Virus record (IMG/VR): IMGVR_UViG_3300027749_000058
Coordinates: 1 to 64,000 of that record
Length of the DNA: 64,000 nucleotides
Direction: 5' to 3' (one strand)
From: a virus
The notes beneath the pieces are model-generated. The model saw only the letters and a list, made by a program, of their open reading frames with translations. It searched no databases and was not told where the DNA came from. Positions 1 through 10,085 of the stretch are shown here, in pieces. Within the stretch, counting starts at the first letter, position 1; each line of letters opens with the position of its first letter. The position numbers were made by a program, and so were the translations under genes.

Positions 1-2
1 CT

Positions 3-3000
3 CAAAATATTATAATATGTCCAACAAAAGGTTATGTTGACTTTACCACATCAGGTTCTTGTTTTCAACGACTATATCAAAACTCTGTTACTGGAGGTAT
101 CGCATTTGGTACATCAGGAAATACATCAACAGGATGCAATAGTTTTGTTCTTGGCACAAATAACACAGCAAGTGGAAATTATTCATTTGTAGGTGGTGGT
201 TATATTAATAACGCTTGTGGTTGTTATTCAATTGTGGGTGGTGGTCGTAATAATACAGCATCAGGATCATGGAGTGGAACTTTTAGTGGTAGGTATAATA
301 GTACAACTTTTAGTGATTCTTTCGTTGGTGCTGGTTATGGAAATAATGCTAGTGCCGCTGAATCTGGCATTGTTGCTGGAACCGGTAATGCCGCATCAGG
401 AGCATATTCTTTCATTGGTGCTGGAATAAATAACAGTAATTCAGGGTACGGTGGTGTTATAGGTGGTGGTTCAACAAGTACCGTAAATGCTTCTTTTGCA
501 ACCGTTGGTGGTGGTTATGTAAATGCTGCAACAGCTCTATATGCAACAGTAGGTGGTGGAAGAGGTAATTCAAGCAATGGTTGTTTTTCAACTGTAAGCG
601 GTGGATATAATAATACATCATGTGGTGATAAATCATTTATAGGAGGTGGACAATGTAATACAGCATCAGGCGGATATTCTACAATTGGTGGTGGACAAGG
701 TAATGCTTCTTCAGGTTTTTGGTCAGCAATTGGTGGTGGATATTTTAATACTGCCACAGATTTAGAAGCAACAGTTGCAGGTGGTGCTAGTAATAGTGCA
801 ACAAATAAAAGAGCCACTGTTAGTGGTGGTTTGTCTAATAGTGCATCAGGTTGTTATGCCTTTGTAGGTGGTGGTACTAATAATATTGCTTATTCTAATT
901 TTGCTACAGTAGGCGGAGGTTCAAGCAACAAGGCTTGTGCAAGTAGAGCTTCAGTAGTAGGTGGTGACCATAACACAGCATCAGGTGCTTATTCAACAGT
1001 TAGTGGTTATCTTAACACTGCATCAGGGTATGTTTCAATTATAGGTGGAGGTTGTGGTAACGCAGCATCAGGAGGTGCATCATCAATACTTGGTGGTAAA
1101 GGCAATACAGCTTCAGGAGCTTGTTCTACAATAGGTGGAGGTTTGTCTAATAACGCATCAGGTGTTAAATCATTTATTGGTGGAGGTACATTAAATACTG
1201 CTTCAGGCACTTATTATAGTGTTATTGGAGGAGGATATCAAAACATATCTAGTGGTTCATATTCTTCGACAGTAGGTGGTGGATATAATAATACGGCTAG
1301 TGGGTATATGTCTACAATAGCAGGAGGTAGATTAAATTCAACAACAAATAATTATTCATTTGTTGGTGGTGGTAATAGAAATACCGCTTCATCATGTTAT
1401 TCATCAATTGGTGGTGGTAAATGTAACACAGCTTGTGGTTATTATTCATCTGTAGTTGGTGGTAGTGGAAACACGGTATCAGCCAATTATTCTGCAGTAT
1501 TTGGATGTAATGTAACAAACTCTATAGCTTGTTCATTTGCAGCTAACAGATTAATTGCCACTAACCTAGCAACAGCAGGATGTGCTGTATGTACAGATGC
1601 AAATGGTATGTTAATACCTTATACCGCTGGTGGTGGAGGTGGTATTATCGTTGCAGGTACAGGAACTAATTCAACTGTAAGGTGTGGTGTTAGTAATACT
1701 GCCAGCGGAAATTATAGTTTTGCAGGTGGAGGTCTTTGTAACACAGCTAGTGGAAATTATTCATTCATTGGTGGGGGTCAAAATAATAACATTTGTCCTG
1801 CTGCATCTTGGTCTGTACTAGGCGGTGGTAGATGCAATACTAATACTAATAGTTTTTACAGTGCTATTTTAGGTGGGTTCTCTAACACAACTACTAGTGG
1901 ATATGCTGCAACAGTAGTTGGCGGTATAAGTAATACTGCTTGTGCAGGTATGTCATTTGTAGGAGCAGGACAAGGTAACACAGCAAGTGGATATTACTCA
2001 GCAATAGTTGGAGGGCATAGTAACACAGCATGTGGAAATTATTCATTTATAGGTGGTGGTAATTCAAACACAGCTAGTGGGTATTATTCATTTGTAGGTG
2101 GAGGTTGTTGTAATACTGCTAGTTGTTGTAGTTCAACAGTTGTTGGTGGAGCATGTAATACATCTAGTGGGTATTATTCATTTGTAGGTGCAGGACAATT
2201 TAATACAGCTAGTGGATATAATTCATCTATTGCTGGAGGTAAATTTAACAGAGCTTTTAGTGATTCATTTATAGGTGGTGGTTATTGTAACACAGCTTGT
2301 CTGGCTAGTTCAACAATTAGTGGTGGTTATAATAATCTGGCTAATGGATGTTATTCATTCATTGGTGGTGGTCGTAGGAATTGTGTTGATGCGTCACGTT
2401 TTGGAACAATTAGTGGTGGATATGGTAATACTGTTAGTGCATACTATGGATATACTACTATATCTGGTGGATATTGTAGTACTGCTAGTGGACCAATGTC
2501 TTATATTGGTGGTGGTGGTTGTAATATAGCTAGTGGAGGTTGTTCTGCTATTCTTGGTGGATATTGTAGTACTGCTAGTGGAGCATTTAGCGGAGTCTTT
2601 GGATGTGCGGTAGCAAACACAACAGCCTGTTCATTTATGAGCAACCAATTAATAGCTTGTAATCTATTTGGAGCTGGTGCTATTTGTGCAGATGCTAATG
2701 GTATTATTGTACCAGTATCATCAGATGCAAGATTAAAAACAAATATTTGTTCATTATCTTGTGGTATTGATAGGGTTTCTTTATTAAACCCAGTAACATA
2801 TAATTGGATTGATGAAAAATATGGCAAGGGAGAACAAATAGGCTTTATTGCACAAGAGGTTGAAAAAGTAGTTCCAGAAGCGGTATTTAAAACTTCTATT
2901 GATGATTATGGTTTTAACGATAGACCTTTAGTAGCTTTATTAACTAAAACAGTCCAAGAGTTATCTGCAAGGGTAGAAATATTAGAGGCGATAATCTCAA

Positions 3001-3008
3001 AAAAGTAA
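3..3008 (+). CDS. Tail fibre/adhesin with ~15-aa Gly-rich repeats and C-terminal peptidase S74-like intramolecular chaperone (5' truncated)
   Basis: Frame is open from nt 3, upstream of the track start at 234. Dozens of N-x-A-S/C-G-x-x-S-x-I/V-G-G-G repeats. C-terminal SDARLKTNI...LNPVTYNW...GFIAQEV...LLTKTVQEL is typical of S74 chaperones. Confidence 0.85.
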   Translation, partial: QNIIICPTKGYVDFTTSGSCFQRLYQNSVTGGIAFGTSGNTSTGCNSFVLGTNNTASGNYSFVGGGYINNACGCYSIVGGGRNNTASGSWSGTFSGRYNSTTFSDSFVGAGYGNNASAAESGIVAGTGNAASGAYSFIGAGINNSNSGYGGVIGGGSTSTVNASFATVGGGYVNAATALYATVGGGRGNSSNGCFSTVSGGYNNTSCGDKSFIGGGQCNTASGGYSTIGGGQGNASSGFWSAIGGGYFNTATDLEATVAGGASNSATNKRATVSGGLSNSASGCYAFVGGGTNNIAYSNFATVGGGSSNKACASRASVVGGDHNTASGAYSTVSGYLNTASGYVSIIGGGCGNAASGGASSILGGKGNTASGACSTIGGGLSNNASGVKSFIGGGTLNTASGTYYSVIGGGYQNISSGSYSSTVGGGYNNTASGYMSTIAGGRLNSTTNNYSFVGGGNRNTASSCYSSIGGGKCNTACGYYSSVVGGSGNTVSANYSAVFGCNVTNSIACSFAANRLIATNLATAGCAVCTDANGMLIPYTAGGGGGIIVAGTGTNSTVRCGVSNTASGNYSFAGGGLCNTASGNYSFIGGGQNNNICPAASWSVLGGGRCNTNTNSFYSAILGGFSNTTTSGYAATVVGGISNTACAGMSFVGAGQGNTASGYYSAIVGGHSNTACGNYSFIGGGNSNTASGYYSFVGGGCCNTASCCSSTVVGGACNTSSGYYSFVGAGQFNTASGYNSSIAGGKFNRAFSDSFIGGGYCNTACLASSTISGGYNNLANGCYSFIGGGRRNCVDASRFGTISGGYGNTVSAYYGYTTISGGYCSTASGPMSYIGGGGCNIASGGCSAILGGYCSTASGAFSGVFGCAVANTTACSFMSNQLIACNLFGAGAICADANGIIVPVSSDARLKTNICSLSCGIDRVSLLNPVTYNWIDEKYGKGEQIGFIAQEVEKVVPEAVFKTSIDDYGFNDRPLVALLTKTVQELSARVEILEAIISKK

Positions 3009-3142
3009 ATAATTTTATTAATTAAAAATCTTAATTGTCCACTATAAACAATTAAGATTTTTTCATGCGTTAACATATATGAAATACCTTTACTAATCTA
3101 ACATTAATTATTATTATTTTTAATAAAATAAAATAAAACAAA

Positions 3143-4009
3143 ATGAATATAATATTTCAAATTAGCGGTGGTATTGGTAAAGTAATTGCTAGTACAGCTA
3201 TTTGCGCATCAATAAGGGCACAGTATCCCAACGATAAACTTATTGTTGTTTCTGGTTATCCTGATGTGTTTTTAGGTAATAAGAATGTTGATAGGGCATA
3301 TGCTTTTGGTCAACAAGCTTATTTTTATAAAGAGTATATTGAGAATCAAGAAATAAAAGTGTTTGCTCATGATCCTTATTTAGAAGCAAAGCATATCAAA
3401 CAAGAAGAACACCTTATCGAAACTTGGTGTAAATTGTATGATTTACCTGTAACTAAAACTGTTGGAGAACTATTTCTTACACAAAGAGAAATTGATTTCT
3501 TTAGCAAAAAGTTTGTTTCCGATAAACCTATTTTTTTAATGCAAACTAATGGTGGATCCGATGCAGAACAAAAATATTCATGGGCAAGAGATATTCCTAG
3601 CTATGTAGTAGAGAATATTATACATGAGTTTAGAGATGAGTATAATATGGTTCATATAAGAAGAGATGACCAACTTAAATATGAAGGAACATTTGGTGTA
3701 TCAGATACATTTAGAGCTCTACTTGTTCTTATAGGCATGAGCGAAAAAAGGTTATTGATGGATAGTTTTGGAGAACACGCAGCAGCATCTCTAAATAAAC
3801 CATCCACAGTATTATGGATTGCAAATAGCCCTAAAGTGTTTGGGTATGATTTACATACAAATATTATAGCTAACCATGAAACAGTTGTACCAGAATTGAG
3901 AGGAGCTTATCTAGGAAAGTATAATATTGGTGGAGATCCAGTAGAATTCCCCTATAATAATGAAAAAGAAATCTTTAACATAGATACTATAATTAAATCT
4001 TTAAAATAA
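3143..4009 (+). CDS. Putative glycosyltransferase (GT9/heptosyltransferase-like)
   Basis: N-terminal GGIGKVI and C-terminal DSFGEHAAASLNKPSTVLW resemble the GT9 DSGxxHxAaA motif. Confidence 0.65.
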   Translation: MNIIFQISGGIGKVIASTAICASIRAQYPNDKLIVVSGYPDVFLGNKNVDRAYAFGQQAYFYKEYIENQEIKVFAHDPYLEAKHIKQEEHLIETWCKLYDLPVTKTVGELFLTQREIDFFSKKFVSDKPIFLMQTNGGSDAEQKYSWARDIPSYVVENIIHEFRDEYNMVHIRRDDQLKYEGTFGVSDTFRALLVLIGMSEKRLLMDSFGEHAAASLNKPSTVLWIANSPKVFGYDLHTNIIANHETVVPELRGAYLGKYNIGGDPVEFPYNNEKEIFNIDTIIKSLK

Positions 4010-4012
4010 GTT

Positions 4013-4834
4013 ATGGAAAAAATATTTTATCAAAGCTCACTACCAAGAAGTGGCAGTAGCCTACTTCAAAATATCTTGGCTCAAAACCCTGATATATACT
4101 CAACACCTACTTCAGGAGTACTGGAATTAATATTTGCGGCAAGAGCGAATTACACAACAAGTCCTGAGTTTAAAGCACAAGATGCTGAACTTATGAAAAC
4201 AGGATATCAAGCATTCTGTAAAGAAGGTATGGATGCATTCTACAACGCAATCACAGATAAAAAATATGTTGTGGATAAAAGCAGAGGATGGGCAATTCAT
4301 TATGACTTTTTGAAATTTGTTCGTAATGAAGAACCTAAAATTATCTGTATGGTAAGAGATCCAAGAGATATTTTTGCTTCTATGGAAAATAACTTTAGAA
4401 AACATCCTGATAAACAATCTGATATTTTAGATTGGTCTAAAGGTCAAGGTACTACAGTACCAAAGAGAATTGATATATGGGCATCTCAACCTCCTGTAGG
4501 ATTGGCATTTGAAAGACTATCTGAAATATTTAGAACTGGAATTAATAATAAAATGTTATTTGTGAGATTTGAGGATTTGTGTTTATATCCAGACACAGAG
4601 ATGCAAAGAATATATCAGTATTTGAATATTCCTTTTTATCAACATGATTTTGATAACATAGAACAAGTTACAAAAGAAGATGATGAAGTGTATGGTGCAT
4701 TTGGTGACCATGTTATTAGAACTAAATTGGAGCCTGTTAGAAGTAAAGCTAAAGAGTTATTAGGTAAAGATGTTACAGATTGGATTTTTGAGAATTATCG
4801 TTGGTTTTTCGAAAAATTTAGATATACTAAATAA
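4013..4834 (+). CDS. Sulfotransferase family protein
   Basis: 5'-PSB motif SLPRSGSSLL, 3'-PB motif VRDPRDIFAS, and RFEDL. Confidence 0.85.
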   Translation: MEKIFYQSSLPRSGSSLLQNILAQNPDIYSTPTSGVLELIFAARANYTTSPEFKAQDAELMKTGYQAFCKEGMDAFYNAITDKKYVVDKSRGWAIHYDFLKFVRNEEPKIICMVRDPRDIFASMENNFRKHPDKQSDILDWSKGQGTTVPKRIDIWASQPPVGLAFERLSEIFRTGINNKMLFVRFEDLCLYPDTEMQRIYQYLNIPFYQHDFDNIEQVTKEDDEVYGAFGDHVIRTKLEPVRSKAKELLGKDVTDWIFENYRWFFEKFRYTK

Positions 4835-5637
4835 TGAAGACAAAGTTTGATATAAATGTATACCAAATTCAAAAGAAAGATTTTAGAAATGCTTTCCATA
4901 CTAATGTACTAAAGTATGCTCTATTTCCAAAAGATGATGCAGTCACAAGTTCTATCATAAATGGTTGGCAGTATCAGAAATACATGTTTGATTTCCTTGA
5001 TATGAATCAAATAGATTGTGCAGGAAGAGATATTGTAGATATTGGAGGTAATAACGGAAACTTTGCCGTAGATTTTGCTCATTTAGTTGGTGATAATGGA
5101 AAGGTATTTAGTTTTGAACCACAAAGACTTATCTACTATCAATTATGCGGTAATATATTTATGAATGGTTTGGATAATGTGTACTGTTATAATGTAGCAT
5201 TAGGACATGAAGAAGGTTTTACAAAGATAGATAAACCTAATTACCATTCAAAAGATAATGTAAACTTCGGTGCAGCAGCAATCACTCAATCAGAAACGGA
5301 CTTCGATTTGGTAGTAATGAAAAAACTGGATAACTATGAATTTAATGATATAGTTTTTATTAAAATTGATGTACAAGGTTTTGAATCGTATGTAATAGAT
5401 GGTGCTATTGAAACAATAAAAAAACATAGACCATATATTTTGGTAGAATTTGAAGATCATTTATTAAAAGAATATGGTTCTTCTAATGCAGATTTAAAGG
5501 ATAAGATAGAATCATTAGGGTATATTGTAAAACCATTCCAAGAAGGTATTCCATATCAATCACATAGTGGTTGGTGTTTAGATTATGTATGTATTCCCAC
5601 AGAAAAATTTAATGAGTTTACCCACCTAATTCCATAA
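4834..5637 (+). CDS. FkbM-family SAM-dependent methyltransferase
   Basis: VDIGGNNG, FSFEPQ, FIKIDVQGFE motifs. Confidence 0.85.
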   Translation: MKTKFDINVYQIQKKDFRNAFHTNVLKYALFPKDDAVTSSIINGWQYQKYMFDFLDMNQIDCAGRDIVDIGGNNGNFAVDFAHLVGDNGKVFSFEPQRLIYYQLCGNIFMNGLDNVYCYNVALGHEEGFTKIDKPNYHSKDNVNFGAAAITQSETDFDLVVMKKLDNYEFNDIVFIKIDVQGFESYVIDGAIETIKKHRPYILVEFEDHLLKEYGSSNADLKDKIESLGYIVKPFQEGIPYQSHSGWCLDYVCIPTEKFNEFTHLIP

Positions 5638-5683
5638 TTATAATATCAAGTAATGTATTATTAATTATTGAGGTATTTATGAT

Positions 5684-5947
5684 ATGGATAGTGATCAAAT
5701 AAAAAAATCAGTTGAGAAATATGTTGATTCTATCATAGTTCCAAAATTTCCTGATATTATAAAATTTTCTGTTGAAATTATGCCTGCTGGATATCCTATA
5801 GGTGATACAATAATAAAAATTGTTTTTTTAATGGATGGTACGGAACAGGAAGTAGAAGAGGAAATTGAAGACAGTATTGAAGATATGTTTAAAATGTTTT
5901 CATTTAATACAAAAATAAAAAGCAATACAAGATTTGAAACAAAATAA
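5684..5947 (+). CDS. Hypothetical protein
   Basis: ORF preceded by TATTTAT (5674-5680). Confidence 0.6.
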   Translation: MDSDQIKKSVEKYVDSIIVPKFPDIIKFSVEIMPAGYPIGDTIIKIVFLMDGTEQEVEEEIEDSIEDMFKMFSFNTKIKSNTRFETK

Positions 5948-6317
5948 TATTAGATACGTAATAACAAAAGACCAGTTTCATAAGATTGTCTATAACATAT
6001 TGGATGAAACTATTGAGGATGGATTAACTAAGAGAGAAGAAAATCCATATTCTAATGGTGCATATAGAATTCATATGTTTAATCATAATGGTAATGAAAC
6101 TATTGTGTATTTTTATTTCCCACCTGGAGAAGATGATGATGGAAATCCACATAATGGTCACGGTAGTCTTCATGTTAATTGGGAGGTGGATGATAAAATA
6201 AGAAAACTATTATCCATAAGACAGAATAAGGCTTTGGATATTATTGCCGATTGGGTTACGGATAAATTTAATGTTGATGTTGATGAAATAGATGTTTACC
6301 CTAAAAAACCAAGATAA
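5934..6317 (+). CDS. Hypothetical protein with ITx-leader, related to 11406 and 11706
   Basis: YVITKDQF leader; C-terminal IADWVTDKFNVDV resembles the C-termini of 11406 and 11706. Confidence 0.6.
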   Translation: MKQNNIRYVITKDQFHKIVYNILDETIEDGLTKREENPYSNGAYRIHMFNHNGNETIVYFYFPPGEDDDGNPHNGHGSLHVNWEVDDKIRKLLSIRQNKALDIIADWVTDKFNVDVDEIDVYPKKPR

Positions 6318-6535
6318 TGAATAAAAGTTATAGTAAATTAAGACATATCCAAGAAGTTAATACAAGATTGAATGAACAGTCGGTATTTTCTGGTGAATTG
6401 AGTAACGAATCAAATACTATTATTAAGATAAGTGTAGATTGTTCAAAAGGTTATGGTGGAGTTAGTATTCAAGGTGCGCAACCAAATGACCCAAGAAATA
6501 AAGAAATCTTCCTTTCCGTCTGTAAAAGAAAGTAA
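6317..6535 (+). CDS. Hypothetical protein
   Basis: Coupled ORF (TAATG) containing RLNEQ. Confidence 0.55.
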   Translation: MNKSYSKLRHIQEVNTRLNEQSVFSGELSNESNTIIKISVDCSKGYGGVSIQGAQPNDPRNKEIFLSVCKRK

Positions 6536-6540
6536 TATTA

Positions 6541-6570
6541 AAAACCTCCTCCCATAAAGAGGAGGTTTTT
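6541..6570 (+). terminator. Intrinsic terminator
   Basis: aaaacctcct-cccataaag-aggaggtttt hairpin with T tract. Confidence 0.7.
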
Positions 6571-6602
6571 AATTTATTATATATTTATATTTAAATTATT
6601 TT

Positions 6603-6809
6603 ATGACTAAAAAAATAGTGAAGTTAACGGAAAGCGATTTAAATAGGTTAGTAACAAAAATCATAGAAGAAGATGCTGCAGAAGTCACAAAAAAAACTGT
6701 AACAAAAAAAGATATAATTAAAATTAATATTGAAAAGTTAAGAAAAAAAATTAAGGAAATGCAAGATAAGTTGGATACTTATGAGCGACAACTAAAAACA
6801 ATAAAATAA
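6603..6809 (+). CDS. Small coiled-coil protein with LTESDL leader
   Basis: MTKKIVKLTESDL; TATTTAT at 6582. Confidence 0.65.
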   Translation: MTKKIVKLTESDLNRLVTKIIEEDAAEVTKKTVTKKDIIKINIEKLRKKIKEMQDKLDTYERQLKTIK

Positions 6810-6827
6810 AATTAAGTTATACTATTA

Positions 6828-7448
6828 ATGGATCAGCATATGTTAGAATTATTTGGGAGTGTTTTTGCGGCATTAATTACTGCAATAGGAGGTCCGGTTG
6901 CCGTAGAATGGGTTAAGAGTAAATTATCAAAACCGAAAGATCAGTTAAAGTTAGAACTTAATGAGATTGAAAAGATAAATACGGAAATAGAGGAAATATT
7001 AAACTATTTGGAATGTGATAGAGTATGGGTTACACAAATTCATAATGGAGGTCATTTTTTACATTCAAATAAATCTATGCAGAAATTTTCTGTTGTTTAT
7101 GAAGTAGATGCTGCGGGAGTTTCTCCTTTATCAGGAATATTCAATAATATTCCAATATCATTATATTCAAGATTTTTTATTGAGATAATGAGAGTCAGGT
7201 TTATTGGAATCTGTAATTATGATGATTGCACTGTTGCAACTTATGGATTAAAATCTGGTGCTGAAGCAACTGGATCTAAAGCATCATACATATCAGGATT
7301 ATTTGATTTTGGAACAGGTAAACTTATGGGATGTATTGGAATTGATTTTATGGAACCAAAACATATTAATGATGATAAAACAGAATATTTTAAAGTAAAA
7401 TCTGAAAGATTGGCTGGTTATTTATCAAATTATAACAATTTTAAGTGA
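6828..7448 (+). CDS. Membrane-anchored protein with GAF-like domain (possibly holin-like)
   Basis: N-terminal TM helix, coiled coil, then DRVWVTQIHNG...KFSVVYE...GCIGIDF GAF-like pattern. Confidence 0.45.
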   Translation: MDQHMLELFGSVFAALITAIGGPVAVEWVKSKLSKPKDQLKLELNEIEKINTEIEEILNYLECDRVWVTQIHNGGHFLHSNKSMQKFSVVYEVDAAGVSPLSGIFNNIPISLYSRFFIEIMRVRFIGICNYDDCTVATYGLKSGAEATGSKASYISGLFDFGTGKLMGCIGIDFMEPKHINDDKTEYFKVKSERLAGYLSNYNNFK

Positions 7449-7879
7449 AAGAAACAATTAGAAAAATATTAAGAGAGGCTATGAACATTAGTCCTGATGC
7501 CCCTGATTGGGTTAAAAAATTTCATGAACTTCCGAAAGAAGAAAGAATTGAGTTTATTGAAAATAATAAAAAACGCATTGAAAAACTTACTCCAGTAATT
7601 ATAAAATTTTTTAAAGAAAAATATGGTGATTATTTAGATAGAATTGATGTTGGAGAACATAAAACTTATTACGGTAGTGAAAGTCATAGTATGAACGAAG
7701 TTCAATATAAATTTTATTTTAATGAAATTGATAAAATTAATAATGACAATAACATACGAGAAATTTACGCACACCAAATTATAAGATACTTAAAAGATTA
7801 TTTTGATATTGATGTAGAATTTTATGGAGTTCCTTTAAATTTAAAATTTTTCGTAAAAACTTGGAGAGAATTTACATAA
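7445..7879 (+). CDS. Hypothetical protein with IRKILRE leader
   Basis: ORF track; leader motif. Confidence 0.6.
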   Translation: MKETIRKILREAMNISPDAPDWVKKFHELPKEERIEFIENNKKRIEKLTPVIIKFFKEKYGDYLDRIDVGEHKTYYGSESHSMNEVQYKFYFNEIDKINNDNNIREIYAHQIIRYLKDYFDIDVEFYGVPLNLKFFVKTWREFT

Positions 7880-7922
7880 AAACTTTGTGAGAATTTTAAT
7901 ATTTTTTAACTATCTTTGTAAA

Positions 7923-8111
7923 ATGGAAAAGAAAATAACTATTGATAATGAAGTTTATTTGGTTACTGATGATAAAATAATTCATATTGATGAGGAGTTG
8001 GTTTTTGAGATACAGACAGAATCTAATACAACCTATGTTTTAGGAATGTTTGATGATTTATTGGGAACGCCAATTAAAAAAGTTTGGAAAATATTGGAGC
8101 CAAGAGTATGA
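7923..8111 (+). CDS. Hypothetical protein
   Basis: ATG at 7923 just after TATCTTTG (7911). Confidence 0.5.
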   Translation: MEKKITIDNEVYLVTDDKIIHIDEELVFEIQTESNTTYVLGMFDDLLGTPIKKVWKILEPRV

Positions 8112-8217
8112 ACTTGGTGGATCTGAATGAATTTCTTAAAACCCACCCATAAAGGTTGGGTTTTTTATTTGACATAATAAAAACTTTATCTTATTATTTC
8201 TTATAAAATATAAAATA

Positions 8218-8682
8218 ATGAGCAAAGTTAAAATTTCTACACACAGAGGGGATATGATTTGTGAACTCTACGATAAAGAGACACCAATCACCGTTACCAA
8301 TTTTTTAAAATTAACCAAACAAAAATTCTATGATGGATTGAATTTTCATAGAGTTATTCCTGATTTTATGATACAAGGAGGGTGTCCTAGTAAAAATGGA
8401 AGTGGTGGACCAGGATATACAATTCCTTGTGAAGTAAGTGCAACAAAACAATTTCATGATAGAGGAGTATTATCTATGGCACATGCTGGACGTAATACAG
8501 GTGGTTCACAATTCTTTATCTGCCATAACAGAAAGAGTACACAACACTTGGATGGTAACCACACTTGTTTTGGGAGGGTAATTGACGGAGATAGAGTGAT
8601 TGACGCAATCAGAGGTGGAGATGAAATTATTTCAATATCCATTCTTCCTGATGTTGAAGAAAATGTTAGTGTAGTTGAATAA
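8218..8682 (+). CDS. Cyclophilin-type peptidyl-prolyl cis-trans isomerase
   Basis: FYDGLNFHRVIPDFMIQGG, LSMAHAG, GSQFFI, HLDGNHTCFGRV. Confidence 0.95.
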   Translation: MSKVKISTHRGDMICELYDKETPITVTNFLKLTKQKFYDGLNFHRVIPDFMIQGGCPSKNGSGGPGYTIPCEVSATKQFHDRGVLSMAHAGRNTGGSQFFICHNRKSTQHLDGNHTCFGRVIDGDRVIDAIRGGDEIISISILPDVEENVSVVE

Positions 8683-8741
8683 TATAATAAAATCCCTCAA
8701 TATGAGGGATTTTTTATTTGTGTTTCTTACTATTTATTATT

Positions 8742-9425
8742 ATGAAAAAACAAAGAGTTATTGTTCTTACAGAACAAGATTTGTCTGATATTATAGGTAA
8801 AGTATTAAGTTCTACTGGACTTTCATCAAAAGATATTTTTGGAGGAGGTAATACAGAAAATCCGCCATCTACACAAAATCTATCCAATACATCACAAATT
8901 GGAATGGGTAATTTAGATTTAAATACTACTGAAGGTTATAATGCCTATAGAGATATCTGCCAAAAATTCATTAATGGAAGGTCATCAAATCTTTTGGGTA
9001 TTACCGGTTCAATGTTAGCTGATTCGGCAAAAAAAGTTTATAACCAAAATAAATCTTATGTTCCACCAGAATTGGCATTAGCTCAATTAGCGGCAGAAGG
9101 AGGATTCTCAAACAATCCAAATGCAAGACCAATTAGAACAAAAAATCCATTTAATGTCGGAAATGTTGATAGTGGAAGTAATATCCAACATGGTAGCGTT
9201 CAAAGTGGTATTGATGCTTATTATAGTTTAATTGCTAGGAATTATTTAAGTGGTGGTAAAAGTGTTGATGATTTAATCAATAATTTTGTAAATAAGAACG
9301 GAGAAAGATATGCTTCAGGAAGAGATTATGAAGATTCCGTTAAAACTATTGCTAATAAAGTAAAACAAATATCTCAACCAGTTTATGCATCTTTAAATAA
9401 AAAAATGGGTTCAGACATCGCATAA
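8742..9425 (+). CDS. Glucosaminidase/lysozyme-like muralytic protein with LTEQDL leader
   Basis: LALAQLAAEGG...NPFNVGN...YAS...Y resembles GH73-like fold; start moved to ATG 8742 after TATTTAT. Confidence 0.6.
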   Translation: MKKQRVIVLTEQDLSDIIGKVLSSTGLSSKDIFGGGNTENPPSTQNLSNTSQIGMGNLDLNTTEGYNAYRDICQKFINGRSSNLLGITGSMLADSAKKVYNQNKSYVPPELALAQLAAEGGFSNNPNARPIRTKNPFNVGNVDSGSNIQHGSVQSGIDAYYSLIARNYLSGGKSVDDLINNFVNKNGERYASGRDYEDSVKTIANKVKQISQPVYASLNKKMGSDIA

Positions 9426-9456
9426 TCAATTACCTAATATTTATAAATAAAAATTA

Positions 9457-10065
9457 ATGAAAAAAGTAATAAGAGTTAGTGAATCAAATTTGGTTAAATT
9501 GATTCAAAAAGTACTTGTAGAAGAAAAACAAATCAACTCAAAAAGATTGAATGAACAATTGGATACACCACCAACTTTAAATCCAAATGAAATAGTACCA
9601 GGAATGGTTTCGCCAAATGATAAAGCTGCGAAGGAAAAACAACAAAGACTTCAAAATATTGCCAACATGAAAAGAATGGCATCCGCAAATAAAGGAATGG
9701 TTACCGTTGCAGGTACTCAAATGAGATGGACAGACTATCTTGCAAAATACGGTATTACAGACGAAGAGGTTAAGGCATCAGAACAGTTAAATGTTACAAC
9801 AGACGCAAATTTGGCAAATCAACAAGAAAGATATAAAAATATTGTTGCAGTACAAAATTCAGTAGATAATAATGGTGTTATACAATCTGGAAATATGAAA
9901 GGTAAATCTTGGTCTGAATTTTTACAACAGTATAAAATAACCCCTGATGAAATTACCAAAGCAAATGAATATGTTAAAACAATTCCAAATGCTATTGCTA
10001 AACCAAAAGTAAATACTAAACCTGAAGTTGTTAGAGACTATGCCGCAATGCTCGCAGAAATTTAA
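9457..10065 (+). CDS. Hypothetical protein with VSESNL leader and internal duplication
   Basis: WTDYLAKYGITDEEV / WSEFLQQYKITPDEI repeat. Confidence 0.65.
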   Translation: MKKVIRVSESNLVKLIQKVLVEEKQINSKRLNEQLDTPPTLNPNEIVPGMVSPNDKAAKEKQQRLQNIANMKRMASANKGMVTVAGTQMRWTDYLAKYGITDEEVKASEQLNVTTDANLANQQERYKNIVAVQNSVDNNGVIQSGNMKGKSWSEFLQQYKITPDEITKANEYVKTIPNAIAKPKVNTKPEVVRDYAAMLAEI

Positions 10066-10085
10066 ATTAATAAAAACATATAATA

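Noticed and set aside
193-2827. Alternative-frame and antisense ORFs within the fibre gene
   Set aside because: Shadows of the GGT-rich repeat (Val-rich and Pro-rich translations).
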